Shown: positions 10,385-21,089 of the stretch, in pieces
Numbering within the stretch: position 1 is the first letter of the stretch
Layout: each line of letters starts with the position of its first letter
Notes under the pieces: model-generated
Told to the model about the DNA's origin: nothing
What the model saw: only the letters and a program-made list of their open reading frames with translations
Database searches by the model: none
Position numbers and translations under genes: made by a program
Source: Paraphysomonas bandaiensis
Taxonomy: Eukaryota > Protista > Chrysophyceae
NCBI GenBank assembly: GCA_965644295.1
Contig: CBFFRP010000107.1
Coordinates: 29,560-93,559 of the forward strand
Direction of reading: 5' to 3'
DNA: 64,000 nt

Positions 10385-11341
10385 CTACAACATCCAGTGC
10401 TCCAGGTCACAGGGTATTTTACGCATGACATGCTCGAAACTAGGGTATTTCGATTTTTTAAAATAAGTCATAATTTCTTCGTAATTCGACACAAACGTTG
10501 ATATGTCATCTGAATGCACTTTCCTATACTCTTGATGCTGGGAGACTAAGAGCAGCTTGTCGTAGATGCCTTTGGCCAGAGCTTCCATAATAGCCTGAGT
10601 ATTGACCCCTCCGGTAGTTTCCATGTAGAGTCGTGCTATAAAACTATACGGATCATTCAAGTAGTCCTCATAAGTTATAATTCCGAATTTTTTGCATGAC
10701 TTTCTCTTTGAGATGCATTGTTTAAGGAAATCGGCTTGACTAATCCAGTGACGGACAGTTAAATCAGCACCTTTTCCCACATCAGCAATAGGAAAATGAC
10801 GTTTTACAATGGATATATTATGTGTACTGAATTGAGGATGCGGTTCACCATAAAATACACTCTCAGACGGAGACATGGACAGAGATTTTTTGACTATGTT
10901 AGTTCTCGCCAACAAAATCAACTTAAAGTCTCTCTTTATAAAATCCAATACGTATTGCTCTGATCGGATTAGTGCTATCACAACGCTTGAAATGCCGGCA
11001 TCAGCACAAATCTTATAGCGTGGCAGTATTTCATCACCATCTATGCCGCGTGGACCAAAGAGATTAGCTCCTGCTGTATAAAGTTCTCGTATGCGGGGAC
11101 CGCTGGGTGAAAAATACGACTGACGGGCAGATTCAGTCCAGTTATGAGGAAATCTGGTGTCTAAGAGCTCGCTGATCGTAAACACACATGGCATCTTGGT
11201 CATTAAGTCGACGAATATTGCATGCGAGCCCTCATGTGCTGTGTGTAAGATGGGAAGAGCAATAGTGCGATCCGTTGAATGAGACCATACTGCGCACACT
11301 GATAACACCAACAAAACCAGCAACATATATACACATCCCAT
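10385..11341 (-). CDS. Secreted/membrane-anchored sulfotransferase-like protein (NodH/Stf0-like)
   Basis: 318-aa intronless ORF with an N-terminal hydrophobic signal. Motifs LILLARTNIVKKSLS (3'-phosphate-binding-like), ITYEDY and KVHSDDISTFVSNYEEI. The 5'-PSB-like loop is AHEGSH. Confidence 0.6.
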   Translation of the reverse strand: MGCVYMLLVLLVLSVCAVWSHSTDRTIALPILHTAHEGSHAIFVDLMTKMPCVFTISELLDTRFPHNWTESARQSYFSPSGPRIRELYTAGANLFGPRGIDGDEILPRYKICADAGISSVVIALIRSEQYVLDFIKRDFKLILLARTNIVKKSLSMSPSESVFYGEPHPQFSTHNISIVKRHFPIADVGKGADLTVRHWISQADFLKQCISKRKSCKKFGIITYEDYLNDPYSFIARLYMETTGGVNTQAIMEALAKGIYDKLLLVSQHQEYRKVHSDDISTFVSNYEEIMTYFKKSKYPSFEHVMRKIPCDLEHWML

Positions 11342-11688
11342 ACTCTAACCTATTCCGTCGACAAATGCCGATTCATTGTCATGCAAACATAATCCAACCA
11401 TCCAACCAACCATGCCATGCATCCAAACGCAATGTACATCCACTCTACTGTGTACATACATACATGCATACAGTAGTACATACTATACAAACTTTTCATA
11501 CCAGTTCGTGTATAGAGATGTACAGAGTAGGTATGTAATTGTATGTACAGTATGTATCAGATCGTATACTGCTGTACTCTGTACAGAGATACCATACGAC
11601 TAGATCTGTCATAGCAGTGTGTATAGTAACACTATAACACTCCTATCACAATCAATATTCCGACATTACAACTCTATGATTAAGTAGA

Positions 11689-14018
11689 ATGTTTATCTCT
11701 ATAGTTCTATTCAATGCTTTTATTTTAGTGTGTGTGGAAGGGTCTAGATATAAGAATCACGAGCGCATTACTATAGTAGCTAATACAGTGGGCCCTTTCA
11801 ACAATCCCACAGAAACATACCCTGTACGTAGAATATTATAAATGGAATTTATTAATTACTGTATTATAGTACTATTCTTTGCCGTATTGTCGTCGAACAG
11901 GAAAGCAGCGTCGTCATAAACAGGACTTAGGGGAGACCTTAGCAGGGTCTCGTAAGATTGCAACTCCTTATGATTTGACCTTTATGGACCCAGTGCCTTG
12001 GAGATCTCTTTGTGAAGAGTATATGGATGTGGAGGATGTATGTTTTATGTTATTTGTAAAGATGGTTTCTGATATATGTACTTCAGCTGAAAGAATTCAA
12101 AGATGCTATTGAAGATGACTATTTCTTTGAAATGTTTGTGGATGACCTCCCAATGTGGGGATACGTGGGTGAAGTCGCACACGAGGAGTTCCTTCTGGGA
12201 AAGTCTATCCAGGGTGCACGGGTGTATCTTTACCCTCATCTTCACTTCAGTATAGGATTCAACAACGATCAAATTGTATCAGCGAATGTCACGACAGATC
12301 CTAAGCGTCGTGTGGATATTACAGATGTAGTATCTGGACAAGAGGTAAAATCCTTCTCGTATATGATATATTAAATATTGGCTATGCGATACTTTAGATA
12401 TGTCCCACATACTGTCTTTAACTTCACCGTTTTCAGATTGTGTTTTCGTACTCTGTTGAGTGGAGACATCAGCCGGATATTGACTATGACGACCGCATGA
12501 AACGGTATGAAGGGTCTGCCTTTCTTCCCTCTACCTTCGAAATCCACTGGCTCTCAATGTTTAATTCTATGGTGCTCGTTCTTCTACTGACGACTTTCTT
12601 GGCCATTATTCTGATGCGTATATTAAAGAAAGATTTTTCTAGATATATGGAAGTCGATGAGGTATTTTACGTGTTGTGGATGCATGATAGACGAATGCTA
12701 GATAACTAGTATTTATGTTTTGCTGCATAAAAATTAGTATAGATTATATTTTTTATGCATTTAAAGTATTTCTAACACGGAAAGGATGAGATTGCTGAAG
12801 AGGAAACGGGTTGGAAGATGATCAACGGTGATGTTTTCCGTCCTCCACAACACCTATCTCTTTTTACCGCATGTGTTGGAACTGGGGCACAGATATTCAC
12901 AACCACCGTTATTCTCCTGTCGTTTGTACTACTGGAGGTTTTCAAGGCTACTCGTCGTGGGGCTCTTCTAACATCAGCGATCATCATATATGCCTTATGT
13001 GGAGTGGTTGGGGGATTCGTTTCAAGTCGACTCTACAAGCAGCTCAGAGGTACAAATTGGGTATGGAATGTAATCACGACTGCGGTGGTGTTCCCACTTC
13101 CTCTTGCGGCTGTGTTTTGTTGGGTTAATGGAGTAGCGTGGATGGAACATTCTACAGCTGCCCTCCCAATTACAACTATATTGGTAAGTTTCACCCTGAC
13201 AAGTAAACAACAGTGCGTCGTTTATCAGTTATTCTTACCCTGCAACTTTAATATATACTGACTTATTTCATCTTTAGTTAATGCTGTCCATTGTCGTTTT
13301 CGTGCACTTTCCGCTTACTGTCGCTGGGGCAATAGCCGGACGTCATTTAACAGCAGAATTCAAAGCACCATGCAGGTACTCATAGAGAATAACATTACAA
13401 ATATTTGTATTTCGAAGTTATCCGATACCATTGTTCTTTTTGCGCTATTGTTGTGTTTTATCTATTCCATGTAGCCTAGAAGTTTTACTTGATTCTAGTG
13501 TTTATAAATGTAACTTCTGCGTCGTGTAAAGGACAAATAAGGTTCCCCGTGAGATACCCAAACAAACCACTTGGTACCGTCATCCCTTTGCACAACTCTT
13601 TATGGCGGGGTTTCTTCCATTTTCGGCTATATACATTGAACTTCATTACATATTCGCTGCCATCTGGGGACATAAGATATACTCCCTTTTCGGGATTTTG
13701 TTTCTGGCTTTTGTTATGCTGACCTTGGTGGCATCTTTCATAACAATTGCGTTACTCTACTTTCAACTGGTGCGTGAAGATCATAGGTGGTGGTGGAGGT
13801 CCTTTGCGAATGGTGGCGCCACTGGGCTGCTTATTTACTGCTACTCGTTCTTTTACTTCTTCCATCGCTCCAAGATGGACGGATTTCTTCAGGAATCCTT
13901 TTATTTTGGGTACATGGGAGTAGTATCCTACGCTTTCTTTTTGATGCTTGGGTTTGTTGGTTTCATGTCGTCGTTCTCATTCGTGAATTACATCTATGGG
14001 GCAGTTAAAAGTGACTGA
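11689..14018 (+). CDS. Transmembrane 9 superfamily (nonaspanin/EMP70) protein, TM9SF1-like; multi-exon
   Basis: Signal peptide, then GPFNNPTETY/YYSLPYC, MFVDDLPMWGYVG, FEIHWLSMFNS, EEETGWKMINGDVFRPP, GFLPFSAIYIEL, EDHRWWWRSF and C-terminal YGAVKSD, joined by GT-AG introns. Confidence 0.95.
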
Positions 14019-15055
14019 GCATAGCGGCAAGTCTATAGATAGCTAGTACCGAGTATGTAAGTGATGATGGTAATAGAGTATGCATTGTTTAGTGGTGCGT
14101 TGTCGTTAAGTGCAATTGAATAAAGTAATTTAAGTTTATCCGTTGTCTAGAATTTACAGATTGGTTTTCGCTCTTTGCTTAAGTATTGGATCTAATATGC
14201 TATAACGACTTTGGTTCTGTAATCTACATCTCTACACCACTTACTAAGAAATCTCTTTGACGTGTTAATTGTATATCGTATATTACCAGGTGTCTGTTTG
14301 CTTCATGTTCACATGGAATGTAGAACCACTCCGCTATCATCCTTTAAGAATTTAAGCACTCGATTCCCCTAGCATTTTAGTACAACGATATTGAAGAGTG
14401 CACAGTATGGTGTGCTGAATCCATATTGAAAAATGAAATTTCGGGTTTACTTTCTTGAGGTGCTTTAAGTCGGAAAGAGTCATCAGTTAGATATTAATAC
14501 TCCTTTATATTCATCTAATACTTTAAGCGTATTAATAGACGAACTCTTGGTTCACATGCAACAGGCTTACAGATTATAACATGAGTAGCACTGGACGCTA
14601 TCAGCCAAACACTGTTTTCTATTTCCATACACTCTTGACATATTGAACATGGCGTAGCTAATGAACACTGACCCTTCTTCAATCAGTAAAGATATCTCGC
14701 TATGGGCAGGGGACGCTGCTGCTGTATACATGCATATATCCAGACATCTCCATATGTGCGTGATGTCGTGTTTTTGGTTGGAGTAAAACAACACTCTTCC
14801 AATTAACGAGCCGTATTACCTAACGATTGGTTAGCATTATATGGTGTGAGTACAGCAGTGTGTACTACTATTGCCACTGTACTTCTTCGTGTACTGCTGT
14901 ACTGTACTGCGTTGTACTGCTGTACTATGCTATTGTACACTACACTGCTGTCCTGCCATGTATGTACTGCTGGACGGTGTCCAAGCACACTGCTTGCAGC
15001 ACTGCATGTTCCCAAAGATAATGCACACCTCCGTGTCGTTGCAACAAGGATTCTT

Positions 15056-16009
15056 ATGCTCACATATTTATCTTCTCGACGACTGGCTTGTCACAGTAAA
15101 CTTTCATCTCCAAGGTTGCTGTTCTCAACATGCGAGAGTTTGAATGTCAAATCTCAACTCCTTCAAGATACAGACGTGTTTATATTTGATTGCGATGGAG
15201 TCATATGGCGTGGCAATGAAGCTATCAGTGGGGCAACAGATGTTATAACAAAATTAAGAAATTTAGGGAAAAAGGTGTATTTTATAACTAATAATTCCAC
15301 AAAGTCGAGAAGAGCATTGCAACAAAAATTTTCTCGCTTAGGATTTGAAGTTACTTATGACGAAGTTCTGTCGTCAAGCTATGCTGCAGCTACTTATCTG
15401 AAGCAGCACGGAATGGATGGTGAGAATGGTGGAAAGGCGTATGTTCTAGGAGAAGAAGGTATATGCGAAGAACTTGCCTTGCAAGGAATACCATACTTGG
15501 GAGGGCCACAAGACAGCAACAAGATCATTGACATCGAGAAAGATGTGCATGTTGATATCGACGTTAAAGCCGTGGTTGCAGGATTGGATCGAGGTATCAA
15601 CTACTATAAACTACAGTACGCACAAATTTGCTTAAGTAATCCAGAAGTATTGTTCATCGCGACGAATGAGGACGCAAGAGCTCATCTAACTCCAACTCAG
15701 CAATGGGCAGGCGGTGGTGCAATTGTTGGGGCACTAAAAGGCTGTTCTGGCAGAAACCCTCTAGTTGTCGGAAAACCGTCTGATTTTCTTATAAGAGATG
15801 TTATTAGTCGTAGTGGATCGAATCCGCAGAGAATGTGTATGGTTGGCGATCGTCTCGACACCGATATCCTATTTGGTTTGAATAACGGCTTACAGACATT
15901 ATTGGTACTGAGTGGAGTTACGACGGAGGATTATCTTCACAGATCTAGTGCTATATCGAAACCGAGATACTATTCTGAGAGCATTGCTGATTTACTTCGC
16001 TTAGTGTAA
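15056..16009 (+). CDS. HAD class IIA phosphatase (phosphoglycolate/p-nitrophenyl phosphatase family), possible organellar presequence
   Basis: FDCDGVIW, ITNNSTKSR, GKP and MVGDRLDTDILFG motifs. Likely start MLTYLSSRRL at 15056; the upstream part of the track ORF is low complexity. Confidence 0.9.
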   Translation: MLTYLSSRRLACHSKLSSPRLLFSTCESLNVKSQLLQDTDVFIFDCDGVIWRGNEAISGATDVITKLRNLGKKVYFITNNSTKSRRALQQKFSRLGFEVTYDEVLSSSYAAATYLKQHGMDGENGGKAYVLGEEGICEELALQGIPYLGGPQDSNKIIDIEKDVHVDIDVKAVVAGLDRGINYYKLQYAQICLSNPEVLFIATNEDARAHLTPTQQWAGGGAIVGALKGCSGRNPLVVGKPSDFLIRDVISRSGSNPQRMCMVGDRLDTDILFGLNNGLQTLLVLSGVTTEDYLHRSSAISKPRYYSESIADLLRLV

Positions 16010-16244
16010 GAAATCATGCACTATATCCTACTGTGGACTGGCTTCATGTAGATAGTTAGGAGGGGATAGGCAGTGTATAGTGCACTGTAGATACCAATTA
16101 AAGAACCGTAAAAAATTATTGCTCACGTAAAAATGCTAATGTATATTAATTTCTACTTTTGCCTTGAACAAGCCCGATAAAACAATTTGTGTAATGTTTA
16201 CAGAAAGTATAACTGCTTCTACAGAATCAAGTATGAATTTTCCG

Positions 16245-16458
16245 GTGACATATTTCAACCTACTAAATTATGCAGATGTTTTTACTAAACTAAAAACGAC
16301 AGTTGCGCCGTATTGAAACTTAGTAGAATCGATAAAACTTTAGTAGGCTCGACTGACATTTTAAATATAATAGGAACGTCCGCAATTAGTAGGAAGAAAT
16401 GGCACTTTTTAGTTTAGTAGGAAAGTCAGATAAATTTAGTAGGGACAAATATATTTCT
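16245..16458. mobile_element. Possible small MITE with TAGTAGG/CCTACTA subterminal repeats
   Basis: ATATTTCAACCTACTAAATT and AATTTAGTAGGGACAAATAT form an imperfect inverted pair with several internal TAGTAG(G) copies, similar in style to the MULE ends. No TSD confirmed. Confidence 0.4.
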
Positions 16459-16847
16459 GCATCATGTTCTAGAGGTATATAAAATACGAATGTACCAGTA
16501 TATTTTCTAGCACAGCGTTGGAAGTATTCAATGAAGGCTTCGTAGAAATTGTATTGTAACGGATATATATTGTGGAGATCTCGTTATTGATTATTTTATA
16601 CTAATACAAAATGCAGTGATAGTAACCAATGCCGCTGAGGATGTTAAGTAAATGAACACACACAAAATGCTACGGATTCACGAATATTTAAAATATAAAT
16701 TCCTTTATTGAATAGTTACCACTAAGGAGACAGCGCTACATGAACCGTTGGTAGTGGTAATGCCGCAGTCAATCGGCATCATATACTATCTATAAACAAT
16801 AACGACCAAGTCTGCTCTCATTGAACAGAGAAATAGTTTTTATCCCT

Positions 16848-17567
16848 TCACCCTCTGAGGCCCATGAGAAGCCCCGCCGCAAACCCACCACCAGTAGGCA
16901 TGTTGTATGAAAGAACGCCGCTCAGCTACAGGTAACCATGTAAATACACGGGATATTAAACTGCAACTACATACCTTCGAATAAACCGCTTTAAAATCAA
17001 GGGAATCTATCTGGCCGTCCTTGTTAATGTCAAGTAATTCCTGTTGCAGGCGAATAACTTCATTAGATGGACATTGATCATAAACATGCTCTCGAATACC
17101 TCAATATCTTTCTTGATTTGAATGTGGTTAACTTTGAGATAGCCGTTATAGGCTAGCCCTTGAACAACCATAAATATTCCACCCATAATGAAGGCCAAGG
17201 TTCGAGATACCTACGACGAAATTACAATTTATTCTTTATTCAAGCGACGATGTACCCGTTTTAGACAAAATCCAGATGAATATCCTGCTAAGAAGCCGTA
17301 TCCTACCTTTGCAGGAATACCGTGATCAACAACGTCAAAAGTCTGCTTGCTCAGAGTCTCAAAATCGAAAGAGGAGTTAGGAATGTATTTTTTAAAGTCA
17401 TCAGATCTGGAGTCATCTATAGCGCGTTTACTATTTTCTGCCAGCTTTTTTAGCCATTCAATTGGACGATCACTATTTCCATCATCATTGAAGCTGTGCG
17501 TGCCTTGAACAGACAGTAGTAACACTGCAATAAAAGTCTTTGAACTCAGGCGAGATACACGAAGCAT
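16848..17567 (-). CDS. FUN14-domain membrane protein; multi-exon
   Basis: GYGFLAGYSSGFCLKRVSRTLAFIMGGIFMVVQGLAYNGYLKVNH, then LDINKDGQID and C-terminal GGGFAAGLLMGLRG*. Confidence 0.85.
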
Positions 17568-18152
17568 GTAGCTCTATATATTATATCCAACACTTTCGTG
17601 GTGTGATTTCAATATCAAATATGCAGTTGGATAGTAGAATGTAGAGGATTATTCAATTATTGTTATTGAATAGTCCAATCTTGTCCCTCTTGCTATGCTT
17701 GAGTTTAATCACACTGTCTCGCTCAGTGTTCCTCCTGCTAACATCAACGTCTCTTATATTCAACATTATCAATACAGAAAATGTGTAGCCCGTACAATGT
17801 ATTGAAGCAATATGAAAACCGGAATACGTAGCCTGTTAATATGTGATACGTGAACGTGTAGCCCGTATAGTATATGGGCCAGAGGGTAGGGAACATCTCA
17901 CCTCTGAAGGGAAAAGAATACCATCCCCCGTATACCGTACACCGTATACCGTATACACAGTCTCCCACTACAGTTGCACACTACAGTTGAAAAACAAGCC
18001 AAGTGAAGGTTACACATCCACAGCAGCATACAGCAGCATACAGCAGCACCATATACATATCTGCATACACGAGCAACGTGGTCATCGTTCCATACACTCC
18101 GCATAGTTAGACCACAGCTTTAGTTCAATTTGGCGGGGATTATTTAATAAAT

Positions 18153-18851
18153 ATGGGCTGTGGTTCTTCTACCGAAGCCCCAACCGGCTCAACAGCGACT
18201 AGGTCTGCACCTAATAGGATTGAAGTGGCTCAACAAAAACAAGAACCTGACACTGGTGTACCCCCTCCAGACAGGAAGCCTAGCTCTGCTATAAAAACTT
18301 CTGACTCAACAGATATGAATTGGAAACAAATTCATAGCGCTATTCGTTGGAATAAACCCACTGAAGAGGTCAGAGCAATGTTGACTAAAGAGCTGGCAAA
18401 CTCGAAAGACACTGGCAATGGAAATTTCCCACTACATATTGCGTCTCAGAATGGTCATTTGAATCTTGTTGAATTATTGATCGAATGTGGTGCTGATATA
18501 AACTGCCAAAATTTTAAGGGCAACACGCCGTTGCATATGGCTTTAAGTTACGACTACATAGATGTTGCAGAATTCCTCATTTCTGCAGGAGTGGATATGG
18601 ATTTGAAAAATGAATCTGATATTCCTGCACGCAAAGGTCTAGAAGGAGACAAATGTTTGGCGGCTGTGTACTTGGCAGCGGCAAAGAATACTGATGATGC
18701 TGTAAAAGCATTACAAAAATGCCTGAAATCCATCGAAGATCTCGACAAAGCCACTTTTGCTGCCACCGGACTTCGCGTAAAGAAAAGCATTGGGGGAGAA
18801 TGGACTGATGAAGTAAACACGTTGTTTAAGGAAGTACTGGGGAAAATATAG
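18153..18851 (+). CDS. Ankyrin-repeat protein with N-terminal myristoylation/palmitoylation motif
   Basis: MGCGSS start; ankyrin repeats GNFPLHIASQNGH and GNTPLHMALSYDY. Confidence 0.9.
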   Translation: MGCGSSTEAPTGSTATRSAPNRIEVAQQKQEPDTGVPPPDRKPSSAIKTSDSTDMNWKQIHSAIRWNKPTEEVRAMLTKELANSKDTGNGNFPLHIASQNGHLNLVELLIECGADINCQNFKGNTPLHMALSYDYIDVAEFLISAGVDMDLKNESDIPARKGLEGDKCLAAVYLAAAKNTDDAVKALQKCLKSIEDLDKATFAATGLRVKKSIGGEWTDEVNTLFKEVLGKI

Positions 18852-19270
18852 ATTGATGGGATGCCCGTAGACGGGCTATGGTGAGCAGCTAGTCCAATAG
18901 GAGTTGTCGTTTCTTGTGCTGCGGGCTCTTTGGTGTTACGTTACTTAGTTTCGACATCGCATCTTTATTTTATTTCGAAACTATGCTATTTTACGTGAGC
19001 TGTACTGGTTATGAGTATTGATAGTGTTCGCATAACCTTGAATTAACCATAGTACGCTTCTTGAAGTGCGAAGTATAATTAATGAATAATGATTTCGGTG
19101 ACTGTATATTGTAAATGTCGTAGCGACGCTTAGTTGTCATTCGGTTCCTCCAGTGGAAAAATAATAATACAGAGGGGGTTTATGTACTCGATCTATTCAT
19201 CATGTATATATCTGTTTACTCTCCTACATGCTGTGTGAGTATGCAAAACTCAAGTTTTGAAGCCTAATAT

Positions 19271-20194
19271 CAGGGCCTGGTAATACCTACTAACTGAAAG
19301 TAGATAGCACCACGCATATAAGAGATAGTGTTGTGCTCCCTTAATTACTCATTTTTAGTTAAATAGCAGACTACAAATTTTAACTACTTCTCGCTCTCTA
19401 CTGACACATCAGGATCTTCTTGCAGGGCTTCATGGAGGGTGTAAACTTCGCACAACATGTAATTGACTCGTAGGAATAGCAACGATTGTAGACGATATGG
19501 ATTCATATAATCACCTTTGCAAGACTAAAGAGCCTCTCAACAACATTAGAGTGTGCTTCAATATGAAGCAAGCAGCGGTAGTTGGACTCTCTTGGTGACC
19601 TCGGAGCTGTCCAGAACACGCTGTGCAAAATCAGTTCCTTCACTCTCGTCCTCGTTATTTCTGTCGGGTACACCAACCTCCATGGATGAATCCAGTTGCA
19701 AATGTCTAACTGCTCTTCTCTCATGGCCTGTCAACTCTCTTTCATCGTTCCCTTGAATTTTAGCCACTTCCTCCTCAAAATTTGCGCTGGCAACAATGCT
19801 TGCATTCGGGGAAAGGTATGGATGCAACTCTGGAAATTCTGGCGGGCTTGGTACAAATTGATTCCATCTCTTTGTAAGGCCAGCGTAACAATCTGTAACT
19901 TTTTCAAGTTGCGTCAAATATTGTTTCAGCTTTCAAAAGTTAGCTGATGTTAGAATCTGGAGTAAGGAGATACTTTCATTCTTATAAAAGACAACAAATC
20001 GCTCCCGTGAAGTCTTTCATTTCAGTTCTATTTAGAGCAGTACAGGTCATTAATGGGATACCATTAATGGCCCATTAATGGTAGTCCGGTTCCCGGCAAT
20101 TATAATGGCATCAATTAAAAATGTCCCGGCAATTATAATGGCATTACCATTAATGGCCATTAATGCCATTACCATTAATGATTACCAGGCCCTG
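19271..20194. mobile_element. Internally deleted hAT DNA transposon
   Basis: TIR CAGGGCCTGGTAAT / ATTACCAGGCCCTG; 8-bp TSD CCTAATAT at 19263-19270 and 20195-20202; subterminal CCATTAATGG repeats. Confidence 0.92.
19503..19917 (-). pseudogene. hAT transposase C-terminal remnant (frameshifted)
   Basis: HIEAHSNVVERLFSLAK (hAT dimerisation-domain motif) and LSPNASIVASANFEEEVAKIQ occur in two different frames inside the TIRs. Confidence 0.8.
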
Positions 20195-20367
20195 CCTAAT
20201 ATTATGTCTAAACGAGACTGAAAGATATAGTTTTTGCTTGTCGAAACAGGAGCGAAGAATGGTAATCGAACTTATCAGTTGCCAGAAATACAAGTATCCT
20301 GCAACCCTAAGCGCTCAAACGACTGGCCATGTTAAAAAGTTTGAAAAGAAGAGGCGAGAAGACAGGT

Positions 20368-20928
20368 TCCTAGTCTAGTCAGAAGGTAGAAAAACTTAGT
20401 CATTAAATAATTAGATTTTTAACATTACAATGACTAGGTGGAAGTGGGTATTTACCTAGTCAAACAGGGGAGCATACTGTAGCCAAAAATTCAAATACTA
20501 TGTATGCCTCACATTTTGTCGTCACAGTCGAATAAAAATAAGTCGAGGTAATACCAAAACCTGCAACGCGATTTCACCAGGTTTCATATCTAAGTATTGA
20601 CCAAGTCCGGTGTAGCTCCACAGCAATCTTCATTTCATGGGCATCCAACCTCAGTATGTAATCAGCAGGAGCATCAGAAAACCGACACTGCCAGCGAAGA
20701 ATTTTTTTATTTCTGTGGTTTGATACCACGCGGTAATCCACGAATATACCATTCAGGTACTTCCGTAGTGTCGTACGTACGTGTTCTTCCAGTCCCCTGG
20801 CCTAAGGGCCATAACATCTACGGATTCATAACTTTGATAAGTGTCCTAGCTGCATTACGAGGCCGCGTTTCCTTGCAGGCCTGATATTTATAATATATTA
20901 AATTTGACTAGGTTGAATAATATATCTC
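20368..20928 (-). mobile_element. Inverted, deleted copy of the MULE-like family
   Basis: 20370-20480 matches the reverse complement of ~9446-9570. 20899-20928 is the reverse complement of the left TIR (GAGATATATTATTCAACCTAGTCAAATT). Confidence 0.7.
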
Positions 20929-21089
20929 TTTTCGTATCATATAACCGCCCACTATTCTTACTTTAAATTTAAAGTAGCTTCAATATAGGGTTCATGGACA
21001 AACATACTAGTATACGCACTAAAATCACTTAATCAATTAATAACTTGCATACTCAAACAATGACTTCCTGAGATCATAAAGCAACCTCA

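Noticed and set aside
14846-15055. Cys/Thr/Leu-rich N-terminal extension of the HAD phosphatase
   Set aside because: Translation of a low-complexity GTACT tract from a GTG start; the ATG at 15056 is more plausible.
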